Shown in pieces: positions 15,201 through 28,198 of a stretch of 64,000 nt of DNA. The position numbers and the translations under genes are program-made. Position 1 is the first letter of the stretch. The number at the start of each line of letters is the position of its first letter. Below the pieces are notes generated by a model, which was not told the origin of the DNA, did no database searches, and was given only the letters and a program-made list of their open reading frames with translations. Origin of the DNA: Octopus vulgaris (taxonomy: Eukaryota); assembly GCA_951406725.2 (NCBI GenBank), contig OX597820.1, positions 50,344,001 through 50,408,000 on the forward strand, written 5' to 3'.

Positions 15201-15348
15201 GAAAAAGAATAAATGGAACTAAAAACTATATCCACGTGGCAAACCAACACTACTTAAAAAAATTTATTATGAATGGATTCTTTAAAAAAACTACCATGAA
15301 AAATCATTATATACATTTATGAGCTTTAGCTCAACTTAGCAGCTCTAA
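13195..15348. repeat. Tandem duplication of a ~1.08 kb unit inside the PLE 3' region
   Basis: Units start CACCCCACTCACACACACCCACAAGTACA at ~13195 and ~14282, and both end GAGCTTTAGCTCA(C/A)CTTAGCAGCTCTAA. More diverged sub-unit copies lie at 12600-13195. Confidence 0.92.
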
Positions 15349-16757
15349 CAAACAACTTGCAGCAACCCAACCCATTCTCGATGCCTACCTCACTACTACA
15401 CTATTCCACTCACAAATTCCAAGCAACGCTAGTCCACCACCCGGTTACAATTCCCAACTCCACCCATTCATTCACAATTTCAACGACGTTCCACCACAGC
15501 GCTACAAATAAGCCTCAACATATACACCGGAGATTCACTTTCACATCCGTGCTGATGGGTGAGAGTATACATTGAGTGTAGTGATATGGCTCCCAATACT
15601 ATACACATTTATACCTGTGTGGTAGTCTCCATGTGTATATTCACGCACGGGTATAAATGCAGGGGGTACACGCGCACGTCATTAGCGTGTACCCCCTCAA
15701 ATGTACATATGCATGCTATTTAGGCTCGATATATGCAACAATGTAATCGCGCCCGCATACATGCATATGGGCGAGTTGCACAATCAAAAAACGCACACAT
15801 GTGTGTGTGCGTTCCCTGGTTGTGCAATTCACCCATCTTGGTGTGAGTGGGTGTAAACGTATCGCTGTGGATGTCAAGCTTGATACGTATGTATATGAGT
15901 GTGTATTGGGGGGTTGTACGTATTTATTGTATGCATATGCTTCACGCACGTGCGTCCATGTATGGATGAATATATTGGGATTGCTATGTAGGTGTAAATT
16001 GGGTATGGAGTGGGGAGTTTTGTCATTGTATGGGTGTGGGTTTCATATGTGATAGTGGTTAAATGGTAATTTTTGGTATGTTCTGTATATTTGGGTTAGT
16101 TATGTATTATTCTAGTGTGTATAATTGTATACATATGATTTGTGTGAGTGGGATTACGCCCATTTTTGGGGATGTATGTATTTATTTATCCATATGGGGC
16201 GGGAGTGGCCGTTAGGTGTATATGTTGAGGCTCACATGCAATTCCAGGTACAGCGAATGAAGTGGGCACTTATATTCGTTATGGGTGTGTGTACTTTATT
16301 ATAACAGACAATACCCAAATAAAATCTGTCAATTCAACATACTAAATAAAAAACAAAAAACAAAGGGATCATAAACATTCACACATACATACAAAAACTC
16401 AATAAAAACACCACTAAATAACACCCATCAACATATAAATATATCCTCCAAAATACATATAGCAAATGCATTATAAAAATACATAATAAAATAAAATAAA
16501 AAATAAAAAATAAAAAAATAAAATAAAAAAATAAAAAAATATATAAATAAAGAAAATTAAAAAAAATCTAATATAAATTATTAAAGTTTTAACATACCAT
16601 ATACTGTTAAAATAATATACATTAAAAATGAACTAATTAAAACAAAGAAATATCAATAAAGACTAACTATAATTAAATCCTAGACAACATAACCAAAAAT
16701 ATATTATCTAAACTAATTTAAACTAAACTAAAGTAACCTAAAAGGGAACTATTATTG

Positions 16758-18205
16758 CTATTTATCATGAAACTTATTATATAGGTAAAGTAACTTATGT
16801 CTGCATTTTATTTTGCGCTCTTCACCAGTATTAAGTAAATTATCATACTTATAAAATAAAATTTCTTTAAACTCATTAGAGCATAAATAACAACAATTAG
16901 CTCCTATAGTATATGATTTAGTTTTACAAATTATTTCCCAAATTAAACTATAATTAATATTTAGTGATTTAAGACTCCAAATGTACTTACTAAGTCCGGT
17001 TGAGTTGATTAAGTTTTTATTTTTAAAAGAATTCATATGTTGTGCGATTCTTAGTTTTATTTTTGAGGAAGTAGAACCTATATAAACCGCTTTTGTGTAA
17101 TTATTATTCTTAAAGTTATTATCATGTAATGTAACTATACATTTATACACTACATCGTTAATATCACAATTATTGTTTAATATACAATTAGATTTATCTC
17201 TACATGTACAATTAATATAAGTCTTATCATTATTAATATTATTATCAAATAATTTCTTTTTATAAAAATTATTCAGTTTATATTTATTAAATGAAGAAAT
17301 AATGTTACCAACATTATTAGTGGTAGAGTAACCAACTCCAAAATTATTAAAAGAGAAAATGTTTCTATATTTACGATTATCTCTAATAAATAGTTCTATA
17401 ACATCTAAAATCTCTTTAATAATATTCGTTTTTACTTGATCTCCATAAGGAACTATTAACCAAATTTTATTCTTATTAACCTTATTATTATTATCATTAT
17501 TATAAATATATTTATAATTCTTTATTTTATTAAAATTATTATCAGAATTATATCTATGTACAGCATTTAAGGAATTATTAATATTATTAAATTTATCAAT
17601 ATAATTATAATAATTATTAAATTTATTTTTATTTTTATTATTCTTATTTATATTATTATTATATTTATTATTATTATTATTATTCTTATTTATATTTTTA
17701 TCATTTTTATTATTTTTTTATAATATCTATTATTTATACCACTAAACCTTACAAAATTATAATTATTATTAGAAGTATCTCGAAAATTAACAATTAAATC
17801 TTTATCACTAATATTATAAAATTTAATATTACTATTATAACCTGCCCCTCTAAGGGCCTCATTATAATATTTAGCATGTTTATTAAAAATCTCTATATCA
17901 TAAGAGAGTAATGAAATAGGTTTACTTATATTATTAATCAACGATTTTTTAATAGAAAATGGGTGATTACTATTAACATTTATATATCTAAGGTTCTCAT
18001 TAAGTTTATGATATGGTTGTGTTTTACCTGTAATAAGATTAAAATTAACATCTAAATAATTAACATTATAATTCTCCTTATATATAGTAATACTTAAACC
18101 ATATCTTTTAAAGAAACTATATAATTTTTTCTTATATACTTCTAGATTCCTATTAGTACAATTCTTTGTAACTAGTAGAAGATCGTCTCTATATAAACCA
18201 TCCAT
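16758..18205 (-). pseudogene. PLE reverse transcriptase (C-terminal part) and GIY-YIG endonuclease, Naiad-like; frameshifted
   Basis: RT: GLYRDD, NYLDVNF, YINVNSNHP, YYNEALRGAGY. Then KIWLIVPYGDQVKTNI and a CTCRDKSNCILNNNC Zn motif. EN: VVYKC..VYIGST..KLRIAQH..LSKYIWSLK..CYLCSNE..CRHK. The frame is broken in an Asn-rich linker (~17520-17720). Confidence 0.9.
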
Positions 18206-21200
18206 TCATAATTTTAAATGACGTTTACTTTCCATGGCGCGTATTCTTTTTTTACATAAGTTATTTCTATGGTAACGTAATTTTGGTTTGATTTTTTTAA
18301 CGGCTAAGAATTTAATTTCACTTCATAATTTGAAACTGACTTGTAAGTATGTTTTTTATTTATCCTTATGTCATATTGTTATTTTTGATATTCTGGTTAA
18401 TTACGATGTATTTAATGTTGTTTTCGAGATTGTGTGTGAGTTTTTAGTTGTATAATTTATTTATCTGTATGAGTGTGGGTGTGTAAATATTGTTGTATAT
18501 ATCGAGTTTAGTGAGTATGTATATGCGTATATGTGAGGGAGTATATGTATCTGTTGTGTGTGTGTGTGTTTTGCGTGTGTGTGTGTTTGTGTGTGAATGT
18601 GTATATGGGTTTGTTATTTAGGTTTTGGGATGTATGTGTTAATTTGTCTGTGTGGTGAGGGAGTGGGTTTTGGTGTATATTGAGGTTTATAAGTTAGTAT
18701 AGGTATGTGTATAAGTCGTGGGTCTGTGGTTTAAGTGTGTGTATTTGTGTGTGAATGTTTAGGTTAGGGGGATTGCTATATAGGTTTGTTATAGAGTTTA
18801 GCATAGGGAGATTTTATCGTTATAGGTTTTAAGAGATTTGGTTTATCATGGTTTTTTTAGGAATTCGTGGTAATTTGTCTATTTTCGATGTTGGTTGTTT
18901 TATTACATTGTTTCATTCATAATTTTTGAGTGGTGTTCGTTTTGCCACGTGAATATTATTTTTAATTCCATTTATTCCATTTCTCCATTCATTAATTTAG
19001 AGATGTTCGTTTCCAGAGCGGTTATATTTTTTATACATATGTTAAGTTCTTTGGTAAAGTAATTTTGTTTGGTGTATATGTTGAGGCTTATTTGTACTTG
19101 TGGGTGTGTGTGAGTGGGGTGGATTAGAGCTGCTAAGGTGAGCTAAAGCTCATAAATGTATATAATGATTTTTCATGGTAGTTTTTTAAAGAATCCATTC
19201 ATAATAAATTTTTTTAAGTAGTGTTGGTTTGCCACGTGGATATAGTTTTTAGTTCCATTTATTCTTTTTTCTCCATTCATAATTTTAAATGACGTTTACT
19301 TTCCATGACGCGTATTCTTTTTTTACATAAGTTATTTCTATGGTAACGTAATTTTGGTTTGATTTTTTAACGGCTAAGAATTTAATTTCACTTTATAATT
19401 TGAAAATGACTTGTAAGTATGTATTTTATTTATCCTTATGTCATATTGTTATTTTTGATATTCTGGTTAATTACGATGTATTTAATGTTGTTTTCATAGG
19501 AGTGTTTATGTATATGAGATTGTGTGTGAGTTTTTAGTTGTATAATTTATTTATCTGTATGAGTGTGGGTGTGTAAATATTGTTGTATATATCGAGTTTA
19601 GTGAGTATGTATATGCGTATATGTGAGGGAGTATATGTATCTGTTGTGTGTGTGTGTTTTGCGTGTGTGTGTGTTTGTGTGTGAATGTGTATATGGGTTT
19701 GTTATTTAGGTTTTGGGATGTATGTGTTAATTTGTCTGTGTGTGGAGGGAGTGGATTTTGGTGTATATTGAGGTTTATAAGTTAGTATAGGTATGTGTAT
19801 AAGTCGTGGGTCTGTGGTTTACGTGTGTGTATTTGTGTGTGAATGTTTAGGTTAGGGGGATTGCTATATAGGTTTGTTATAGAGTTTAGCAAAGGGAGAT
19901 TTTATCGTTATATGTTTTTGGGAGTTTTGGTTTATCATGGTTTTTTTAGGGAATTCGTGGTAATTTGTCTATTTTCGATGTTGGTTGTTTTATTGCATTG
20001 TTTCATTCATAATTTTTGAGTGGTGTTCGTTTTGCCACGTGAATATTATTTTTAATTCCATTTATTCCATTTCTCCATTCATTAATTTAGAGATGTTCGT
20101 TTCCGGAGCGGTTATACTTTTTATACATATGTTAAGTTCCTTGGTAAAGTAATTTTGTTCGTGTATATGTTGAGGCTTATATGTACTTGTGGGTGTGTGT
20201 GAGTGGGGTGGGTGTTTGTATTTGTTATGGGTGTGTGGTTTACATGTGTGTTTTTGTGTGTGAATGTATAGGTTAAAGGGATTGCTATATTAGTATGTTA
20301 TAGTGTTTAGTAAAGGGAGGTTTTATCATTTCTGTTTTGTGAGTTTTAGCTTATCATGGTAGTTTTATTAAAGAATCCATTCATAATTTTTGTGTTTATT
20401 TGTCTGTGTGGGGTTGAGTGGGTTTTTGGAGTATATGTTGAGGTTTATATGTATGTATTGGTATGTGTAAGTGGTGTGGGTATTTGTATATGTCGTGGGT
20501 GTGTGGTTTACGTGTGTGTATTTGTGTGTGAATGTTTAGGTTAGGGGGATTGCTATATAGGTATGTTATAGAGTTTAGTAAAGGGAGATTTTATCATTAT
20601 ATGTTTTTGTGAGTTTTGGTTTATCATGGTAGGTTTGTTAAGGAATTCGTAGTAATTTGTGTATATTTGGGATGTCTGTTGTTTTATTGCATTGTTTCAT
20701 TCATAATTTTTAAGTAGTGTTCGTTTTACTAAGTGAATATAATTTTTAATTCCATTTATTCCATTTCTCCGTTCTTAATTTTGAGTGATGTCCGTTTTCT
20801 AGAGCGTGAATGTGGGTTGTATGTGTGTGTGTGTGGGAGTATGAATAAGTATTGTGTTGAAGTATTTAGCTATTTTATTTATTTATAGTTGTCTAGACGT
20901 TTTTATGTGTATGTATAGGGATATATATATAGGTGTGTGGTTTAGTGTATGTAGTTAGATATGGTTATATATAATTAGGTATATGTGTTTGGGTGTATAT
21001 ATAGTTTATTATTATATTATTATTATTTTTTTGTTTTGTTTTATATTTTATATTTTATATTTTATATTTTATATTTAATTGTTGATAGGTTTATTTTAGT
21101 TTATATATTGTTTATATATTGATTATATATGGATTATATTTAGGTTATATATGGATTATATATTTATATTTTTTCATTCATACTTTAATTATTTTAAAAT

Positions 21201-21383
21201 TATTATTTGTATATTTTAAAATTTTGATATTTTAGATTGAAGTCCACCTGAAGATTGTCGATCAAGACAAGAAACGATTGTAGTGGCGGTTTTTTTTTAC
21301 TATTTATTAAAATTTTATGTATTGATTAAGTCTTTCCTTGTTTGTTTTGCAAAATAGTGGTTTTGTCTCTAATATATTTTATA
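18201..21383. repeat. Right arm of ~3.2 kb inverted repeat (plus ~80 nt unique tail to 21462)
   Basis: TCCATTCATAATTTT...GTGGTTTTGTCTCTAATA is the reverse complement of the left arm. Confidence 0.96.
21244..21286 (+). ncRNA. Type I hammerhead ribozyme (copy in inverted arm)
   Basis: CCAC CTGAAGA TTGTC GATCAA GACAA GAAAC GATT GTA GTGG. Predicted cleavage after GUA at 21282. Confidence 0.85.
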
Positions 21384-21459
21384 ATATTTTACTATAAAAT
21401 TGGATTTAATCCTAAATCTGATTTTTTTCCCTGTAAATTTGGATTTATTCCCTAATATT

Positions 21460-21462
<3 letters not shown>

Positions 21463-21536
<74 letters not shown>
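21463..21536. repeat. (TA)n microsatellite
   Basis: Direct inspection. Confidence 0.97.
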
Positions 21537-21539
<3 letters not shown>

Positions 21540-21540
<1 letters not shown>

Positions 21541-23625
21541 AATTCCTACCTAATGCACCTATTATTAAGGGGATTATTTCAGCTTTCATATCAACATTCA
21601 TGTCATCTCTATTTCCAGGCCTTTGTATTTTGAAAATTTCTGTTTTTTTTTTAGAGATATACTGTTGGGATTGGTATGTCGATTAGAGGTCATTTTCTGT
21701 TTTGGTACTCATTGAAAACAATAGCTTGCCTCTTGTCCTTCATTTCCCAGTCAGTGTGAATTGGTATAACCTGGAGAATGGTACTTTCGTCATTTTCTGA
21801 GAAATTTTCTGGGGCATGATTATACCATTGTTTTTTTTTCAGTTTTCACTCCTTAGTGCTGGCACACACTCGATCTTGTCAGTAGATATATTCCTTCTAC
21901 GCCAGAATTGGGCAGCCAGAGACAATATGATTTTTTTCTTCCTCACCGCCACATATTCTGAAGTACCTGTACTTTTCTTCATTATGTGTTTTTGTGGGTT
22001 TCTATCGTGGAGGTTTTGATCTTTTCTGGCAAGTAAAAATCTTTCTATCCCGGCTTTGAGTTCCGATTTTATCAACCATTGTGGGAAATGAACTTTCTCA
22101 TATTCTCTTCTGCTTAGCTTATCCCAGGATTGGCATATAAGGAATCTTAATGCCACCGTTTTATCATGGTATTTTGTAGTTTCCGTTTAGCTTGGAATTT
22201 AGCTACTTCAGAGTTGTCATTTCTTAATTTTCGTCATAGTTCCCAAGAAGTATGGCCCCCTTCCTTTTATTTTTCGGTTTCATTGAAGACTCAAAGCAGG
22301 TTTTTGTCTCTCTCATTTGTAACAGTTTTCACTGATTTTGTGTCAGATATAACTATAGCCATATGGTGGATATTTTATTTTAGTTTTCTAATTGCATAAG
22401 CTTCTTCCACCTTCAAGGATTTGTATATATAACAATTCTATGTCAGATTTCGTGTGGTGCATTGCAAGTAATTTCATTGTTTTTTTTATTTTACTGTTTG
22501 CCATTTATCCATGACATGCCTTATATACTTTAATAATGTTGGTACTACCTTTTTCACAACTAGCGTTTCAAGGATCCTTGTCTAGGGGATACTGTTAAAA
22601 GCTTTCTGATAATCGATCCATGCTGTGCTTAAACACTTCTTCTCTTTCGGCAGACTTCAATTGATTAATATCAGGGCTTAACAGCCATACGAACGTTTTC
22701 AGAAACTGGGAATATTGTCATGCTCTAGTGCTTTCTATGTTTAATTTTTGCACTGTGTGTGCTTTGGCAGGATATGTTGCTTTAGATATTCTTTTTCGTG
22801 TCACGAACATCGGGTTCGATAATTTAGTAGTCCTGCAGTATTTTTTTTCTCTCTTGGTAGTTAGTATTTTTAATATCAAAGATATTTTGGCTTTGCTATT
22901 TCGGTCTTCTTCCTGGTAGGATTTATGTGGGTAGCACATTACTACCTGTAACCTTAGGTATCTACAAGTTTTCAGCAGGCTTTCAAGTGCTTTGAACCAT
23001 CCTGATAATCCTTGTCTACGGGCTTTCTATATCAATCTCCTTCAGACATTTGTCTCTGTCTTGGTTTACTGTTACCAGCGCACCAATAATCATAGGCACG
23101 ACCTTTACTGTTCGCATACTCCAAATTCTTCCTATTTCAAAATTTAAGGAATTATATATTTTTTTTGTTTTTCTTACTTTTCCATTACGATCCTTTAATC
23201 AAATGGGTGTGATGGGTTGATAAGTAAGCAACTTCGCTTTGCCTCATCTCTAATTTTTACGACTTGTCTATTACTTTCTAACAGCTTGTCCCACAAGAAT
23301 AGGAAAGTCCCACAAAATCTTACATTCTCCGACTCCAGTAATCTTTCGACTCAATGATTGTACCATGTACTCTCGGCATCAAATCCCCATTTCTGGCACA
23401 GTTTCTCTTGCAAAGCCTTTACAGCATAGACGTACCTCCATTTCTTATATTCTTCTTGTGCCAACTCAGGGCTTTCTGCGACAAGGTGTGCCACTGTCTT
23501 GATCCAAGTTCTACAGGTTCTACATTTTTCTGACACATTCTCTCCACATATATTTTCTAACAAGTATATTTTTATCGCTTGATCTTGGGCTGCTACAATT
23601 AGTTTCTATGTTTCTTTTCATTTGT
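21540..23625 (-). mobile_element. Two adjacent degenerate R4/Dong-like fragments (21540-22950 and 22950-23625)
   Basis: WLIKSELKAGIERFLLARKDQ; IDYQKAF (RT); IVAAQDQAIK; CRTCRTWIKTVAHLVAESPELAQEEYKKWR; RIWSMRTVKVVPMIIGAL. Confidence 0.78.
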
Positions 23626-23859
23626 ATTGTTGGTGATGGTGGTAGCACTGTCGTAGGCTATTGTTCTCTCTGACTATTACCTGTAGATGCGGTGGCTTTG
23701 TTGCCATCATTCCTCTTCTGTCTCTGATCGTTTTTGATGCTTTTGCGTTTGTTTTCGTTCTTGTAGTTGACTGTGTTGGTGGTATAGCCTTTGTCGTTAT
23801 TGATTTGGTACACTTTCTACAGCCTTCGAAAATTGAGTGCTAACATTCATCCTCCTCGA

Positions 23860-24218
<359 letters not shown>

Positions 24219-24330
24219 TTTTCTTTCTTTCTTCAAATTTTCTTCCGTTTCTCGCCGAGTGCTTTCCGTACACCTAGGGCAGTAAATCTCATCGTATGCA
24301 TTCCCAGATACACACGCAAATTCACAGGTG

Positions 24331-24476
<146 letters not shown>

Positions 24477-27292
24477 TGTAATATAGCTACACCAGCATCG
24501 GTTGCAGTAGAAGAGCAAATCTATTATATTACTATGTTACGTTAATATATATTTTATCTAATATTAGAAAACAGTGATTTCTATTTGCTAATACAACTAT
24601 AGATTATTTTGAAGTTATGAATCTTCAACATAAAAAAAAAGACTAATCATAAAAATAACCACAGTCCCTGCGTTGTTTTGTTCTGTAAATTTCTTATTAA
24701 CACAACATATAAATAATACTTTGTATTTGATAACTATATTTCCCAACCAAATTCTGCACAATATTATAGTTACTCAATATTCCTATATGAATTATGAAAA
24801 CATTATTGTTGCCTGTCTCAAACAATGTTTGTTATTGTTGTATCAAAGCTACTGTAGTTTTGATTATTTTCATAGAAAATATCAAAATATGTTCATCTTT
24901 CTTGTTAAATAAATATCGAAGCAATTACACGTGAGGTATATGAAAGAGAAGTAAAGGTTTATTTTATATTAGTAGTCAACAAATTTTATATTAGATACGC
25001 TCATCTTATTGGCAATATATTGGCAAACTTCTACAAAGACTAGAAGTTTGCAAAATACAGGTTTTTGTCAAATATTTCATTAGAAATGAATGAAACAGTT
25101 GCTTTTAGAATATCGGAGGTGATAATCGTGATATAATAGCTTTTAGTAAAACAAAATTTATGTTAAATAAGTTATACTATCAGTAACCAAAGCTCGCGTT
25201 TAGATTTTCTTTAACGATGTTATTGGAATTTCTATTGACAATGTCTCTGTCGATGGCTTGTGATTTTCACTTGGTTTGTTTTCATTTAAGTATTTACACA
25301 ATGACAGAGAAAGACCCTCAAAACGTAACAACTGTTATGTTCAAATATCAAATCATACCTCACGATGTTATAAAAAGTGAACTCAAAACCCAATTAGATA
25401 CCCAGATGAAGTGTGAGAGTATACTGAGGAATAGAACCAACTCATTCGCTATCTTGTGGGCATTTCCTGTTTGAAAATTCAGAATCCAGTTCTCTTTAAG
25501 TTAACTGTATTATATTCAAACCAGTTAGAGATAAAATTCTAGCATAACCTAGCTTTCTTTGATATACATGTAACAGGAGGTGTTGAGCTTATCACTGTTC
25601 CCACTATTACAGTCATCTCGCAGCTTGGAAGGGCAGGTTGTTCCAATCTTGAAACAACTATTTTCAGCTAGGCGAATTACTCAATTTGAGAAGCAAATGT
25701 CTTGGCAACTAACAACATGCAGTGTTGGTATCAGGATGCACACCACAAATTTTTCAGCTGTTTGCACAATAACTGATCATCGTGTACATCCTCGCTTTCA
25801 TATATAATGATTTACTGATTTACATCAAACAATCGTTATTATTTGATCACATTCCCATATTTGTATGTGTATATGTATGTGTCTCTATGTGTGAGTATGC
25901 GGATGCTTTATGTTTGTATGCGAACGTGTGTGTAGGATGACGTTGTGAATATACCTCAATGCACAAAGCAGTAACATAATTAGATTCTCGCCAATAGATG
26001 ATGCAACAAGGGTAGGATTACTAAATAATTAAGAAAATATTCAAGATGGGCTAAATTATATATGTTTGTTAATTCATTGAACTTCCTAGCGATGTCACAG
26101 CAGGAAATATTTTGAAATGGATTTCGAACCATTGTCTTGGGAGTTCCTAAACCTGGCAGCAACTAGTAACTCATTATACTATTTACCATTTAGATAAAGG
26201 AGTGATTCCTACGCACAAACGTGCGACATAGCTGAAACATTGGAGACTAGAAATATTCAATTACGAACAATCTTTCTCTCTCTCTCTCTCTCTCACACAC
26301 ACGCGCAGACACACACACACGCGCAGACACACACACATACTCGACTCACACACACACACATACATGCCCGTACACACACACACACACACATACATATATA
26401 TTCACTTCTATACATGAATGTATGTGCATCTATGTGTATGCATATGAATTTTTATGCATATATATTTATATATATATATATTTAATAACACACACACACA
26501 CATATATATATATATTTGTTCATATATGTGTATAAATACATATACACGAATATATATATACTTCTGTGAAGATATATATATATATATATGTGTGTGTGTG
26601 TAATTATATATATACCAATATATTTGTAAATGTATAATGTATTTATGTATATACGGGTGCGTAAGGGGTGGCATTGTGAACATGTGAGTTTGTGTGAATC
26701 TGTAAATATTCTTGTATGCGAGTGTTTGAGCGCGCGCGTTTGTGAAAGAGACCCTTTGATCTTGCATAATATGGAAAGCGGCTTCCAACTTATCAGTTAC
26801 GCAAACCACAAAACCATAATGATACATAATCATTCCATACGATTTCTCATCCAACCCACAAACCATTCTAGAATATATGCTCCGCTAGTCTTGGTTATTA
26901 TAAAGTCTCAAACACTGATCATTGCTTTATGACTTCAGTACAGCTTGATCTGCAGTGAAAATTAACCGTATATCCCATTAGTGAAACTATCAAGGAATAC
27001 TTGAATACTTAAACATAATAAACATGACACCACATATGTTTCTCAGGAGGGAATAAATTATAGCGAAAAAGATGCTTCCCCGTTGATTCACGCTTAAAGG
27101 GTTTCATATCTAATTTATACTTAGGACAATTGTCCAAATTAATTGCAAACTACACACATTCATACTCACAAATACACATATAAACAGATTAACGCACTTA
27201 CACGATAGCACATACATTCATTCGTAGACAAAACCTATGGATACATAAGCATATGCAAAAATATATATTTATAAATACATATATGTAATATA

Positions 27293-27345
<53 letters not shown>

Positions 27346-28129
27346 ACACGCATATATATATATGTATACATACATATATACACACACATATGTGTAAATA
27401 ATTGTGATATATATGTATAACTCTATGTATGTGTGCATACACAGACACAGACATACGCATACATACTCACGTGTCTACGTATTACTGTGCTTCCATAGCA
27501 GAGAATATAACCACATAATAACTCACACAATAATGGTTTGCTTTTGTATACGATGGGCGTTTGTTGCGAGCGAGTATATGTGTGTGTTTACGGTCGTTTA
27601 TGCATGCTAATGTGTAAGCGTCAATGTGCCCCTGTATGTGTGTGCTCGCATGTGTGTGTAATATCCGTGTTTATACGAGCAGAGGATGTACACTCTTGCG
27701 TGTTTTAATGCATATGTTAGCGTGTGATTGTATAGCAATAACTGTTTCTGCATCAGAGAACTTGAATAAATATAGGTCTACACATGCAAGTGTGCCAGTA
27801 GCAGAAACTTGCTAGGATTTCTTGATTTCTTATTGTGATCCTATATACAAGCACACACACACACACACACATGAACACACATATTATATATATATATACG
27901 CACACTTGCACGCATGCTAACAAACAGTTATGTTATAAGTCAGTATGAGAGTCGACGAAAATTGAGTGTACGAAGGACTCAACAGATGTCAAGAGGCTAG
28001 TTAGAATTATTTAATGAATAAAATCAAATTTTGCAGTGTCCGCTTCGGCTTATTCGAACTTAGCTCTAATAGCACGAAGGTTGTGACCAAACTGGAGTAA
28101 TACAATAGTGGAGGTCGCAATCTCGAATC

Positions 28130-28198
<69 letters not shown>

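Larger units (their letters stand above)
12025..21462 (-). mobile_element. Naiad-type Penelope-like element: 5'-truncated ORF, ~4.7 kb 3' region and ~3.2 kb inverted terminal copy, inserted in (TA)n
   Basis: RT/EN ORF at 16758-18205 (minus). Arms 12025-15200 and 18201-21383 are reverse complements with an HHR near each outer end. (TA)n on both flanks (12007-12026 and 21463-21536). Confidence 0.9.

Noticed and set aside
12600-15348. CRISPR-like or telomeric array
   Set aside because: Units are long and lack unique spacers. CCCTAACCTAA-like words are isolated, not tandem telomeric repeats. The context is eukaryotic.
16758-17230. Selenocysteine recoding as reported for some Naiad elements
   Set aside because: The conserved Cys positions I read in the endonuclease region are Cys codons, with no in-frame TGA. 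I could not identify a SECIS by eye.
12025-21383. Polinton/Maverick or foldback DNA transposon with long TIRs
   Set aside because: The spacer encodes a PLE RT and GIY-YIG rather than an integrase, polymerase B or transposase. The left arm continues seamlessly into the spacer, and the arms end in hammerheads.
27940-28130. Additional hammerhead-like remnant on the minus strand (..AATAAGCCGAAGCGGAC..)
   Set aside because: No recognisable CUGANGA box or closing stem.
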